A DNA stretch of 64,000 bases from Adineta vaga (Eukaryota > Animalia > Rotifera): the NCBI GenBank assembly GCA_021613535.1, contig CP075495.1:6572001-6636000 (forward strand). Reading direction: 5' to 3'. Positions 1 through 13,579 of the stretch are shown piece after piece. The notes under the pieces are model-generated. The model was not told the DNA's origin. It saw only the letters and a program-made list of their open reading frames with translations, and ran no database searches. The position numbers and the translations under genes are program-made. Each line of letters opens with the position of its first letter. The stretch's first letter is position 1.

Positions 1-2650
1 AACAAAGTAATGAATCTACATTGTTTATGTATAATGTGAATATTCGTAAGTCTTTTTATAATGAATTGACCGGTTGTTGTGGTTTTCTTCTGTATATTTA
101 TTTCTCTACAAATGATTTCCTTCGAATCAAGTCAGTCGTTTCATTTTTTTGCCCTACTATTGTATTGTCTTCATTATTAACGCTCTCTCTCTCTCTCTCT
201 CTGTTTCTCTTCAATCATGCAAATACTAAGATGCTTGCTAGGCGTTCTCTTAGTATATACACAAATATTAAGACGCGTGTGTTAAGAAGTCTTCCGCCAA
301 GCGAGCGCCTTTTTCCTTCTTGGCTATCGTTGACATCGTTGTCGCCTTAATGATCAATATGTATGTACGTAAAAATGTGCGTGACAGACTGATGATGAGC
401 TGTCTCGTATGCTGATTCGACTGATTGTCTGCCGACGAATAGACCGTAAAAGTTGTTTCAGATCATATCATAGAAAATACTCATTCTCTCGTGCATGGTT
501 CAATACTATTGAATGTTTTGTTATATCAATTCAATTATGAGACATTGTGTTTTTGTTAATATTTAGATAAATTCTTACTATCATTGAATATAGAAGTATC
601 GAGATAAATAAAGATTACTTTACATCCTGAGAAGAGTGAATAGACGAAGGAAAAGAAGCATTATTATGAGTATGTTATCGAGCAGAAAAAAATTACGTTG
701 ATCCTTCGGTAAAAATACTATTTTTATCAATAAAAGACATGATGCTACTCATGCATTCTTAAACTCATGACGCTTGACTGTTATAAACAAAGAGTATAAC
801 AATTACGATACTATAAAAAGCATACGTATGCATGTGATTTTGATTATACATGAATCGATAAATCACAATGAAATCAATCAAATAATGTCGAAAGATATCG
901 ATAAAATATTAGAAAAAGATGTTATTTTTCGTCTAAATTGCTCAAACTTTCATATAACGATCTAGTAAGACAGTAATTATCCGATGCATCTGGTTTTACT
1001 TTAAATTATATATCAATTCAATAGATATGAATAAAATATGTCGAAGAATAGCCTTCAATGTAGAAAACAACATATAATCTTCCAGATTTGCATTGATGAG
1101 AAAAAAATTGCAGTAAACATTGAAATTTGACATCAAATATAAAAGATGTAATTTTTGCTTTAATGCAAAAAAAGCTTCTTCTATTAGAAACAGTAAATTG
1201 AGTTTTCTAATTGAATTATTTACTGTTTATTCTTTTGTACACTGAAACAACTTATTTTAATAGCACATGAAAGCATTCCGTATAATGAAATGATCAAGTA
1301 CATTGACAAATGAATCAGAAAAAAAATGATCGATTCTATAAAGTACTAAATTGATTCACACGATATAAATGCAGAAAAAAAATGTTCTTTAATGGACGAA
1401 AAAAACCCCTCCCGAATAATGTAATCTGAAACAATCAATTGCATACCACTAGTGACACATAATCAAAGACTTATTTTACTTTCAGATCACATCATAAAAA
1501 AGCATGTCTTTTCATTCTAATCTCTCGAGGAAAGATGACGATAAAATATATGTCGGTGTAATCCCGAGTTTTTTTTCCGGATTTAAATATGTCACAAAAT
1601 GTATTCAAACGTCATTGCAAGTAAAGAAAAGATGATAGTCTTATTGTTAGATTTCAGTATATGACAAACTGAAGACTAATTGAGTACATTCATAAAACTT
1701 CATCTTTCATTGTATTACTCTATAGATAACCTTCTCGAATACACTATCAGCAGAACTCAAGATGATAAAATTTTGAAGGAAATCTCTTATCTTGAATTGT
1801 ATGTACTATCGAACAATTGACTAAAGAAAAAAGGAAGACAGCTTGAAATTATTGTTATTATTTTTTTGTCAATTCTTTCCCTTGGTATCTATTTGTTACT
1901 CTTTTGATTATATTCTTTTTGCCAAATACGATTGTTGGAGAACTCACTTGATGACATCCTTGATTGAAGACGGCAAGTGTAAACTTGATTACATTTCATT
2001 AACACCGATAAAATAAAGTCAAGAAATATTGACAAAATTCTTCTTTTTTCAACATTTAAATATACTGCTTCAAAAGTCATTTGTATATGTATGACATTTT
2101 CAATCGTATAACAATTCACAACATCATTCTTTCTATCGATTATAATCAAAATGACATTACCATGACACTTTCATAACTACCAAAATAACATAAGAAATAA
2201 AATGATTCTATGTCTATTAAATCATATCATATTTAATCATTGTTTGAAAGACGTTTCTACATCATTAAAATCTAGAAATGCGTGGTGTGAGTAATCTCAT
2301 TTTTGTTAACGCATTTCTTCGTTTTCTTTTGGTAAAAATAGTCACCTAACTGTCAAGAAAAAAACAAGATGCTGTCGAAGAATAAAGATAAAGAAAGAAA
2401 GAAAGTTAGAAATTATTGAATATTTCAATTCCTTGTTGATCTAGCATTCTAGTACAACAGTTATAAATATGTATATACACGTGTACATTTTCACAACTAC
2501 TTGTTTGCCGTTGTTATTGATTTCTATTAGAAAAACATTTGACATGGTTATTTACCTTTTTAGTCAATATTTTCATAGTTTCTTTTTTGCTCGTTCACTT
2601 TTCCTTCTTCGTTAAGATCATCTTAACAACGGTATTTATTTACTGTTTCT

Positions 2651-5600
2651 ATGTCTATTAGTCAAGGTGAGATATACTTAAAATGATACGAACTAGACAT
2701 CGTAGACACACAGATAGGAAGAATAAAAGCAAGATGTTTCAAAATCTAAAAATGATTTAGTAACAATCTTCAACATCTATCATTAGATTTCACGTGAAAT
2801 ATAGTTTACATTAGATACGATTTACTTTTACTTACGTACAAGATATACGAAAACTCAAAGAAAGAGAAAGCGAGAAAAAAAAACAACAACAGACAATTTT
2901 CGTTTATTTCTTACTCGTTCTTACATCTTATAAGATTTTTTTCTTCTTCTTCTTCTTCTCCTTCTTCAAAAAAACAATCACTCTTTATTTCTAACAGAAA
3001 TAAGTAAATGCTTCTAGTATTGTTACCTTTTTAAAACAACTTCTCTATTTCAAACTATTGAATTTCTTCACATAGCAATTGAAAAAAGAAAAAAGAAAGA
3101 GACTATTTATCTTCTCTATTTTCAGATTATTCACACATACCACAAAAGAAGCAAACATTAGAAAATACTCATCAAATTGTCTTAATTCTCAATAATGACT
3201 TGACGTTATTAGATAAACCATTGAATGATTTACGTCGAGAAATTACGAGTCTTCGCCAAGGGAATTTAACACGTGACTATGATACAAATAAATTAAGTAC
3301 AATTATCCATCACTCAAAAGACCATTGCAAGAAACGGAAACCTTTCAACGACAACTATTACAACAATTACAACAATTTGAAATATCATTAGAAGATATCA
3401 ATCAAATCTTACGAACAAATATCGAACAAAAAGCACAATTAGGTCAACAACAACAACAACGGTCAGGTAGAAAAATAATCCATTTGATTTTCTTTATGAT
3501 ATTATTCTCAATTGTTTTTTAGATAATAATATTGAAATACGTGCGAAATTAATGGAATTAAATGCTGAAGCTCTTGAATGTCGTGCAGCTGCTGTACAAT
3601 TACATCAAGAAGCACAAATGGCATTAGCAAAAGTAGCTGAACTTGAAAAGCGTGCTAAGGATGAATTAGTTCAACAAGAACTTGAAAGAAAACGAAAACA
3701 AGAAGAATTAGAAAGAATTCGAATTGAAGAAAACGAACGACGTGCACGATTAGAAGAAGAACAACGACTAAAAGTATATATACATTCGAAATAAAGACTA
3801 GAAAAAACGAATTCTTGATTCTCAATCTCTTCTCTTAGGAACTTGAAATTAAAAAACAACGAGAACAAGAACGTCTTACGGCAGCAGCAAGTGCAGAAGC
3901 GGAACTACAGAAGGAAGAAGACTATAGTAATTATATCCTACGCGAGTAAGGTTTTTTTTTCTTACTTCAATTAATTTAATGAAAACTTTTTCATTATGTT
4001 TTGTTAACATTTCTATAGTTTCATGAATGATGATCGATGTCCTCAATGCATTGTACGACTTCCACCTACGACTGTTTCTTCAATGGCATTTAATGTAACA
4101 TATTTAAATGTTTCTGAAACAGAAAATTTACTTGATAATCAAGAAGAACTTGTCAGTACACCTATACAAGTGAACTTTGAATCAGTGGTAAATGAGAAAA
4201 ACATATTTAACTAGATTTCTTTCATGTGTTTCAATTGTAGAGAGATGATCAGCAAACAATTTTCTTGTCTATACCATATATTGTGAAACGATCAATTCAT
4301 CGAGAAAATATCATTAAAATTCGTCAATCAAATGGTATTTGGTTATCAGTTGAAACTAATGAATCATCATTTGATTCTTATAAAGTTTGTTTATTAAAAA
4401 TAAAAGAATCTTTCTTTTTCATTCTCATTCAATAATGCTTTGTTTGTTTCAACAGGAAAAACGTTTTATGGAATGTAAATTAAATCAATCAACAGCTTGC
4501 GCAGTTGTATCTCGTTTAAAAATAGATACAGTTTTAATCAATAAAAAATTATCTGGTCGATTTTTGTCTAGTGCTGATCCTCGTATAACACTACAATGGC
4601 CAAAAAATGTTTCTCAAACAGATCTTCGTATAAATCTTCGTATTCAACCGATTGATTTACCAGCATTTGTACAATTCTCAGAAAATTTCTCACATGAATG
4701 TCAAGGTTTATTAGCTGTTGGACCTATAATTGATCTTGATTGTGATGATGTGACATTAGTTAAACCAATACAATTTAAATTACCGATATTTATACAAACG
4801 AAAAAGAATGATCGATTATTAAGATCAATAGGTACGGAATCTAATCTTCCACAACGAACAATTACCAGTCAACAACCATCTCAACAAGAACTTATCTTAC
4901 AACAACAACAGTCAATTTTCAAATCAATGCTCGGTGAAGGTTAGTGAAAACATTGATTTCACTTCTTTTCTCTCTCTCTCTCTTCTTCTAATAAAAGTAT
5001 TTCTTTTTCAATAGAATCAAGTAATGAACGACTACTTCTACTCTATTCTGGTCGTAATGAAAATACATGGCATGTTGATAATAATGTTTCAATATTCGAT
5101 TCAAAAACTCATGATATGATTACGATGGATATATCATGTTTACATTCTCGAATGATTATTGTACGTTGTGCAAAACAATTACCAACAACAAAACAATTGC
5201 AAACAGTAATTAATCATCTTGAACAATCACTTAGTCAACGATCTGTTTCATGTCTTCTTCGTCGTCGTACATCGAATCCCAATGAAATTTGTTTTGTTTG
5301 TTGTTCAAATCAACGAATTGATACAGTTGATGATGATCTGCAACAAGAAAATTATACAACTGAAGGTGAACAATCAAAAGAATTGACGTTACAAGAAGGA
5401 CAATTATTAGAATTACGTTTTCGTGGTAACGTTTTACCAAATGATTATCATCAACAATCATATTCATTTGCATTTAATACGAATTTTCCTTTCTATCATC
5501 AAACAAATGTTTGTCCAACAGATAAATATTCACAACATTTTTCACCGTATTTCTATGGTTTTGTACAAATCTTTTCGAAACAAAAAGTTCTACGAACAGT

Positions 5601-6577
5601 ACCAAAAGAAACTGATAAGAAAAAACAACAAACTGAAGTAATAAATAAACATCTAGAATTGTTCGAAATTAATGACAAAATGTTTCCTTTCTTTTTCTAT
5701 TCAAGGTCAAACAAGAATGGCATGAAGTGGATGTTTGTTTAGCTGAATTAGCTATTCGTTTACCGAAACCACATGAAGAAACTCGAGCAATTACTCCTAA
5801 AACATCAGCAGCATTTTCACCTGAAGGTATGCAAATCAGTTTTCTTCTTGTAAATATCTTCGAATATGTTGTTTTATTCGACTTTCTAGGTATTTTAACA
5901 CCCGCACTTTTTCGTGATATTGCAGCAAGTTTACATGGTGATGAATGGCGTGCATTAGCCCGTCGTTTAGGCATAACACGTATTCGTATTGAAGCTATTG
6001 AACATGATCATCGTGATGAAGCATCTTATTATATGTTATTTGCATGGTTTAAACGTGTTTCACGTTCGGCTGATAAAGTTGCTCTACTAATTAACGCATT
6101 AACAAATATTAATCGATGGGATTTAGCACAAGATTTACAAGCTATGCAAGATGAAAAACGACAGACACAGAAGAAATTTTCGAAAGATGGTAAAATGAAC
6201 ATCTATGAGAATGAAGCAAAAAATTAAGAATCTGTCTTTATTTTAGAACAATTAAGATCATTTCGTGTACCATTTAATCGTATATGTCAACGTGAAGAAT
6301 GTATTAGTCGATGGAAAGAAATTGCACGAGCATTAAATTTAACTAATGAAGATATTAAACATATTGAAGAAAGTTGTCCATCAAGAGAAGAACGATGTTT
6401 ACGAAGTTTAGAATCTTGGACATCGAATGAAAATCAAGCAGACATTCCAACTTTAGCTCGTATTCTTAGATCACTTGGTTTCAAATCACTTGCTCGTATG
6501 TATACAAATCGAATAGAATTTCTAATTCAAAGAATGATGCTTTTTATTTTCTAGGTGAAATTGACAATATGGCATAA
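2651..6577 (+). CDS. Multi-exon coiled-coil + ZU5/UPA-like + two C-terminal death domains (DTHD1/PIDD1/ankyrin-like)
   Basis: ATG 2651 (MSISQ, donor gtgaga 2667) splices in frame to 3126 (DYSHIPQ...). Glu/Arg-rich coiled coil at 3523-3950. ZU5-like 'LSSADPRITLQWPKN...LLAVGPIIDL...LVKPIQFKLP'. UPA-like 'ELTLQEGQLLELRFRGNV'. Death domains 'IAASLHGDEWRALARRLGITRIRIEAIEHDH' and 'RWKEIARALNLTNEDIKHIEE'. Stop TAA at 6575-6577. A frame change near 3273-3331 is unresolved (see findings). Confidence 0.75.
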
Positions 6578-6846
6578 CATAACGAATGTGTTTAGAAATT
6601 TTGTATATTTATTATCATTCTTTTATTTTATTTTCCTAAATAAAACGTCAGCATATGTTAGATTATGTTTTGAAAAATATATACAATGAAATCTGTAGAT
6701 TTGATAGAAGAGTTCAATGTTAGTATCTTCGTTTTTTTCTTGGAAATTCAAAGGTTTCTCTCTATGAAATAAAATAGTTTATTGGGTTCGGTAAGACTAG
6801 TAATATATTCAAAAGATAGAGAACAAAAACGAATGAAAATTTCTAC

Positions 6847-8973
6847 TTAAAGATCATGTCCAAGTTCATGTATTTCGTCAATCATAGATACAATATCTTC
6901 TTTTGTTGTTGCAGGATTAGAAATAATTGCACGAAAAAAATTTGGATGATCATCAAGACGTTGATACCCAACCATCATTGTACCATTTGTCATCATACGT
7001 TCTTTAATTCGTGGTGCAATCTATAAAAATGAAAATTATCAGACTCAATAGAATACAATTCAATTTACTGTATCTAATCGTTGTTTATATTGTAACGATG
7101 TTGGATCACCACTTTGCAAACTTGGTGGAATATACCAAAAACAAATGTTAATAAATGGAGGCTATAGACAAAAGTGATATTCGATTTCATTATTAGAACG
7201 AATAATTATTATTCTGTTTTTACTTTCATAACCGTTCGAAAATACGGTTGACGTTGACAAATTATGGTGTAGAAAAAATTGGCATTTTCAAGTAAACTTT
7301 CAATATGTTCAGCATAACCTTGATTACCACGAGCTTTCCATGCAAGCCATAATTTGAATATATCAATATGACGACCACATTGTATTGTTTTATCACCAGT
7401 ATCAAGTGATATTTCATAGTGTTTATCCGGTTGAAAAAGATACGGTGCTAACATTTGATTAGCACGCATTAAAACATTCTATATCCGAAGAAACTTAAAT
7501 AGTATAGGGAATATGAACGTGATTAAATCATACATACTCCATGTCTTAATAAAATTGCTGAACATTGAAGATGAACTGACATTAGTTTATGTGGATTCCA
7601 TGTAAATGAATCAGCTCTATAATTGTATATATATCTCGTTAAGATTACTATAGATGATTTCTTACTTCTCAATACCCCGAAGAAGATGTTTCGTTTTTGG
7701 TGATAGTAATGCTGAACCGCCCCATGCTCCCTAGATACGTCATTATGAATTAGTAATTTCTTTAAAAAACTAATGAAAAGAAGTTTACATCCACATGAAG
7801 CCAAATTTGATATTTATGACAAACAGATGCAATTTCTTCAATAGGATCAAAAGCACCTAATACTGTTGTTCCTGCTGTAATACCAACAAAGAAGACGGCT
7901 AATTTCGATTGTTGACAAAAGAGAATCTTTTCTTCAAGCTTTTGAGCTGATATTCGACCACTGTAGAAAGACAAACGATATTCTTACTTCAATATCAAAA
8001 GAATGACAAATAAATTTTCACTTACGAATCATCTGGATCAACTTCATAGACATAATCTGTACCAATTCCGAGAAGAACAGCAGCTCGTTTCATTGAATAA
8101 TGACACTAAATAAAAACCAGTTCCTTAACAATACAACAGTCATTCATCTTTCTTACATGTTTCGTTATAATCATTGCTGGACGTAAACTATTTCGAAAAC
8201 CTGATACCTTTATTTCCGGAAAAGCATAATGTCGAGCTGCTAATACAGCATATAAATTGGAAATAGCACCACCTGGTGCTAAAACTCCATCGCCACTATC
8301 TGGTACTAAATTACCATTTGACCAACCACAATATTGTCTCATATGTGCAAGTACACTTTCTTCCATGAGATTAAATACGGGTGCAACTTCATATGTAAAC
8401 ATATTTGCATTGATTGATGAAGTTATAATTTCACCAACCAATGATATTATATCAACACCTTGACTTAACTGATTAATAAAACGAGGATGACCTTCAATGA
8501 GAAGATGTTTGATGAAGAAGCCAACAAAAACTGAGAGATGAATTTTTATTAGAATTACCTGATCGAACTGTTGTTTCAAGAATACGTTCGCAATTCGAAA
8601 GAATATCATATAGATCAATACCTTGATCATCAATTTTAAATGTAAACATTTGTCGATATTCATCTGGTGTACGAAGACCATTTTTAATAACCTTTATTCA
8701 ATCATAATGATTTTCATTGATTTTACAAAAGACATTATTATAACTTACAGGTGAATCATGTTCATTCATTTCTGCTAAATAACGTAGAATCATATCAAGT
8801 GTAGCATAGAGAAATTTTTCTGTTGTTTTCATATCTGATGTATATGGTACAAGATCTAAGAAAATTGTCTTTTTATTCATAATAGAAATCCATTGATTAT
8901 ACTTACTTTTAAATGTTTGTTCATTTAAATCATCCACATGTGTATAATTTTCTCTATTGTTCTTTTCTGACAT
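6847..8973 (-). CDS. Group II PLP-dependent acidic amino-acid decarboxylase (glutamate decarboxylase / CSAD family), about 9 exons
   Basis: Motifs GHPRFINQLSQG, NMFTYEVAPVF, PGGAISNLYA, TAGTTVLGAFDP, WLHVDGAWGG, ADSFTWNPHKLM (PLP lysine), DTGDKTIQCGRH, GTMMVGYQ..NFFRAIISN, ending LGHDL*. The introns traced are GT-AG and in frame. Confidence 0.92.
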
Positions 8974-9264
8974 CTTTATTCGTTACTAACTGATTTCAAA
9001 TGGAATATAGATAATAATATATTGAGAGGAGCTTATCTTGTTTTTTCGTCTCAAAAAATCTTATATATATATATATAGATATGTTTGTGTGTATGCCAAT
9101 GCATAAAAATATATTTGCTTTTTCCGAAGAAAAAAAAAGGAATCCTTTTCCAAAGCACTTTCTTCTTTCAAGTACAAAGCAAATAGACATTAAATGACAA
9201 AAACATCTTTCAATTACACACACACACATTTATAATAGATAAATCAATAGTTTAATTTGTTGAA

Positions 9265-9639
9265 TTATTGTGGTGCAATACAAATTGAAGAACCACATTC
9301 ATTTGAACAACATTTTTCAGTACCCTTGCAATCATTGTCAACATCACAAAAGTGTCCATCACATAAACCCCAATATGGATTATCTTTCATAGAAACAGAT
9401 GTTGGACATTTGCCAGATTTACGTTCATTATCTTTCGGAACAATGCAATGAAATCCACAAGGTTGTTCAACACGGAAACAACATTTTTTGTCTGATGGAC
9501 AGAGATCTTTTTCAGTTGTACATGAAGATTCACAATTTGTTGGTGGACGAATAAAACCATAACCAGGACAAACTTTTTGTCCAGCATTGACAACAGAAAT
9601 AATCACCAATAAAAATGCAGCAAATGAATAAAACGACAT
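9265..9639 (-). CDS. Secreted two-WAP (four-disulfide core) domain protein
   Basis: Intronless 124-aa ORF with a hydrophobic signal peptide (MSFYSFAAFLLVIISVVNA) and two 8-Cys units, e.g. KSGKCP...CDVDNDCKGTEKCCSNECGSSIC. Confidence 0.9.
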   Translation of the reverse strand: MSFYSFAAFLLVIISVVNAGQKVCPGYGFIRPPTNCESSCTTEKDLCPSDKKCCFRVEQPCGFHCIVPKDNERKSGKCPTSVSMKDNPYWGLCDGHFCDVDNDCKGTEKCCSNECGSSICIAPQ

Positions 9640-10100
9640 GATGTTCGAATGAAATAAGTTATCTATAGTGAAGGATAAAATATAGAAAAAAAGATAGACT
9701 ATCTAACGATCGGTTTGATAATGAAGAAGAAACGTAAGAATGAAAGAAGATATATATATAAGATTTAAAGTCAATATATACATAGCAGAAGGACATATTT
9801 CTCACTCATATGTTAATCCAAATATTTTTCTTCACTATCCGACCTCGACATCAAATCGAGCTTGTTTTTCATCTCAAACTTAAATTTACCTAGTAAATAT
9901 GACGAGATAAGAATAAATCGTGTATCAATGACGATGATGAAAAAAAGGGGTGCGTCATACAAAAATAATCTCAAGTAGACTTTCATTTGATCATTTCATT
10001 ATTGTTCTATAGGAATAGTCAGTAAAATAGTATTCTTATTTCTTCAAACATCATGATTGTCCTACTTTCTAGTCCCCCGAAACATCAGTACATGTGTTCT

Positions 10101-10187
10101 CTACGTAGGGATGATACATATTTTATTAAGAAAAGTCCTTATCTGATCACCAGAACCAGCAATAATGGATTTATCATCCCTACGTAG
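10101..10187. repeat. Perfect 16-bp inverted repeat (CTACGTAGGGATGATA / TATCATCCCTACGTAG) with 55-nt spacer
   Basis: Arms at 10101-10116 and 10172-10187 read directly from the sequence. Confidence 0.85.
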
Positions 10188-10396
10188 GGACCACATGAAC
10201 TGATATTTCTGGGAACCAGAAAATAGGGCAAAGCATAATCTACCTTTTTGTAAATGATTACAAGAATAAATAAAGATTAACTTAACCTCTTTTTCAACAA
10301 CATGAGCCAATCTGACTAATATAGTGATTAGTGTGCTGACGTTAATAAAATATTTCCTGTGCAATATTATATAAATTACATTCATCTGATTCTTTT

Positions 10397-12097
10397 CTAA
10401 TTCAACAAAAAACATCTATCTTTTTCTGTATATTTTGTTTTCCTCATATAAAAAAAGAATTTTACATGAATAATTATGAATAGGCAAAAAATTTTTGTAC
10501 GAAGAAAATAATGTTTGATATCATCTAAATTTATGTCCCCATCGAGTACAATTAGATTTAAACAAATTAATTTGGAACAATTGACTTTTGTTGTAATTCT
10601 TGTAAAATTATCTGTCACCCTTTTCAATGCTTCATATTCGACAGTAAGATCAACAGTATTTGGTAAAGCTGTCTTCGAATTAGTTAGAAATTCTTCGATA
10701 TAATTATCATGAGCTTCGTGTAGATGAAGTTCTTTTAAATGAAGATATTCGATTATAGAAAAATCGTGATGATTCTTCTTTTGAGGTTGTTCATTTTCTA
10801 ACGTTAATATCTCTACATTTGGAAATGCTTAAGTAATTCGAAGAAAAAATTCATGTTCGAATGGTTGTTTATCAAATAATGATATTTCACGAACATATGG
10901 AAAAGATTTAACCAGAAAATTATTCGTAATTCTTTCGTACTTTTTCTTTTTATATGGATATGAATAAATATGACATTCATTATACTTACTCATTGAGAAA
11001 TAATCAATATAAGAAATTATTTCATTATCTTTAAAATCTTTGAATGTATTTTGAATATCATCATTTGATGATAAATTTATTTCATTATCAAGATAAATAT
11101 TTGAACGAATGCTAAATGAAAATTTCTTCAAATCTATACCATCAATTAATGTTTGTTTACCAAAGATTATCAGATATAAATTCAACTCTTCTAAATTAAT
11201 CATTCGCTGTAGAAGTGGTACAATTAAATTATCATATGAATCTGTATCGTATCCATGATTAAGCGAGAAATGTTTTAAATTGGATAAGTTATCCTAGACA
11301 TTCATGATTTTATTCGAATAAATAATATCAATAAGAATAATTTACCTTATTACTAATTATTACATGTGTTGAATCATGGTGTAAAGTATAAACACGAAGT
11401 GTATGAAGTTAATTAGAACATCCATCGAGTAGATAAAGATAATCAGTCAACTCGCTCAGAGATACATATAATTCTAATAAAGTTTATTCGAATCTATATG
11501 AGTTAAAATAGATTGACCTAAATGAATATAACAAGACAATACTAAAACATATTTATCAAATTTCCATTTCAATCATAAAATCAGTGAATTCATTTTCCAA
11601 GTGTTGATATCGACAATCTATCTTGGCTCTGAAAATCAATAGTACGAACGAAGTTGAGGGTGTGGGTGTATGGGTAAGCGGGAGACATCCTCATCCTAAA
11701 AATAATTAATGTCTTACTTGTAAAAAGAGATATAGCTGTTTTTGCATGAAGTTTATATAAACCAAGTTCATGTAAATTAGGATAATTTATCGTAGAAAGT
11801 ATACGTTCCATAGTGAATGATTCAAGATTAAGTCGTTGAATATGATGATAAATTTTAGGTAGAATTTGTGAACAAAATCGGTTTAAAACTGTATCTGGTA
11901 ATGGAGTGACTGAATTAGTCGATGATCCATTCACTAATGATAAACACCTTGTAAAGACCGGATCACATACAATTCTATCCAATTTTTGATTGACACCTAT
12001 TAAAGAATAAAGTACTCTAACATTTCATAATTTTTTTAAAAATAATCATAACAATTTCATCAGATAAATCATGCAATTGAACAATTGAATGGTTCAT
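10397..12097 (-). pseudogene. Disrupted F-box/LRR-like gene of the bdelloid-expanded family
   Basis: F-box-like start MNHSIVQLHDLSDEIVMIIFKK, then a frameshift in an A-run plus an in-frame TGA before NVRVLYSLIGVNQKLDRIVCDPVFT. Later LRR-like pieces (MINLEELNLYL..., CHIYSYPY, VREISLFDKQPFEHEFFLRI, LHLHEAHDNYIEEFL, VTDNFTRITTKVNCSKL) are broken by further stops or shifts. Confidence 0.75.
11655..11682 (+). repeat. Telomere-like G-rich motif TGAGGG TGTGGG TGTATGGG TAAGCGGG (four GGG tracts)
   Basis: Seen directly. Four G3 runs with 3-5 nt loops in an otherwise very AT-rich context. Confidence 0.6.
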
Positions 12098-13579
12098 ATC
12101 ATCTTCTCTTTCTTTCTATTTTCTATTTGAATAAACATTAAAAAAACTGTTTTACTCAAAACATGATTAGTGACTTCATCAACATTTATATCATCACTTA
12201 AGATCATACATTTTGTTCGTATTCATGCAGAATATGTAGATCCAGTTGATACAACATTTTTCATACTAATACCATTTGTAGTAGATAACGATGTTGGTAT
12301 ACTTGTTGTCATAAAATAGATCAATTCATAATTTTCTCTATGATAAGATAGTCAAATTTCATGAGATCCTAGTATTAGATATGATAACAGACCATTTAAT
12401 CTTCCTTTCCCAAGATCAAAGAAGAAAATAAAAATAATTTGATATATTTTGAATAAAACACCACCTTTCGATTAATGATCAGTTTCTGATCGGAAGGAGA
12501 GATTTTTGTGATTAGAAGTTTATGTTTTATACAATTATATAAACTTGTATTAGACAGTCGATGTTTTGTATTACAACATAATTATAACAATAACTCTTGA
12601 AAAATTGAAGCATCATTTTAAATTCATCTTCCAGGTATGAAAACTCTTTCGTCACTATGTATCCATTGTCTTTGATTCTTCATTCAATAGAATTCAATCT
12701 TATTATGACACTGATATTGATATCTGAAGTATTGAATATCGTAATCCGTGCGCTTATAATTCATTTTCCCTAACAAAAACTATGAATTCAATAACGATGC
12801 TCCTACAAATGTCTTCTTTCATAATTTTAAATAACCTTCTTCAATCTTTTCATAAAAATGAGATGCTCTTTTTACATAAGATTTTAATTTACTGTTTGAA
12901 ATTGAAAGAAGATAAAAGAAAACATATTTTACCCTTTGATAACAACAAAGATCATATTCTTCTTTCTCTCTCACGTTCAATGTGCATATCAATTGATAGA
13001 TTGAGAAATAATGCTATTTTTCATCTTATATAAGCAAAAGAGAAAAAAAAGAAAAACTTCGATTACAAAGTACATATTATAAACGTTGTAGTACAAAAAA
13101 AACGAACAAACATGCATAGTGTAAAAAAATAGTGAGACAAACAAAAGCGTATAATTAAAACAAAATTTCTTAACGCGAGCAAGCGAGAAAGATAGAGAAA
13201 GAAAGATCAAACACTGTACATACAAAAGAAAACGAGAGATGTGAGTAAAATCTAGCACCATTGCTACCACTGTTAACATCAACCAAATTTGTTTTTTGAA
13301 TGAAATTTATGTATGTAAACGTGATGATGCACGTTGTTGATATGATTTATTCAAATAATGTTTTGCTAAAATGAAATCATAGAAATCAATAACAAATCTA
13401 TGTTAAATAATTAAGCGCAAAAGAATAAAGATAAAGGAAAGCGTAGTAGAGATCCCGAACCAGCTCACCCCATATTCGTGATTATAAATCTTTAAAAATT
13501 AAAGAAATCATCGTGAGATATATTCACATAATAATCAGACGTTGAGTGCAGTGATATGATATCAAACAATAAAAATGAA

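Noticed and set aside
21-2149. Short ORFs 21-350, 774-965 and 1889-2149
   Set aside because: No recognisable motifs or consistent splice structure. 1889-2149 may be a decayed gene fragment but cannot be assigned.
12170-13033. Coding-like fragments (e.g. MTTSIPTSLSTTNG... on the minus strand)
   Set aside because: Interrupted by stops, with no identifiable family.
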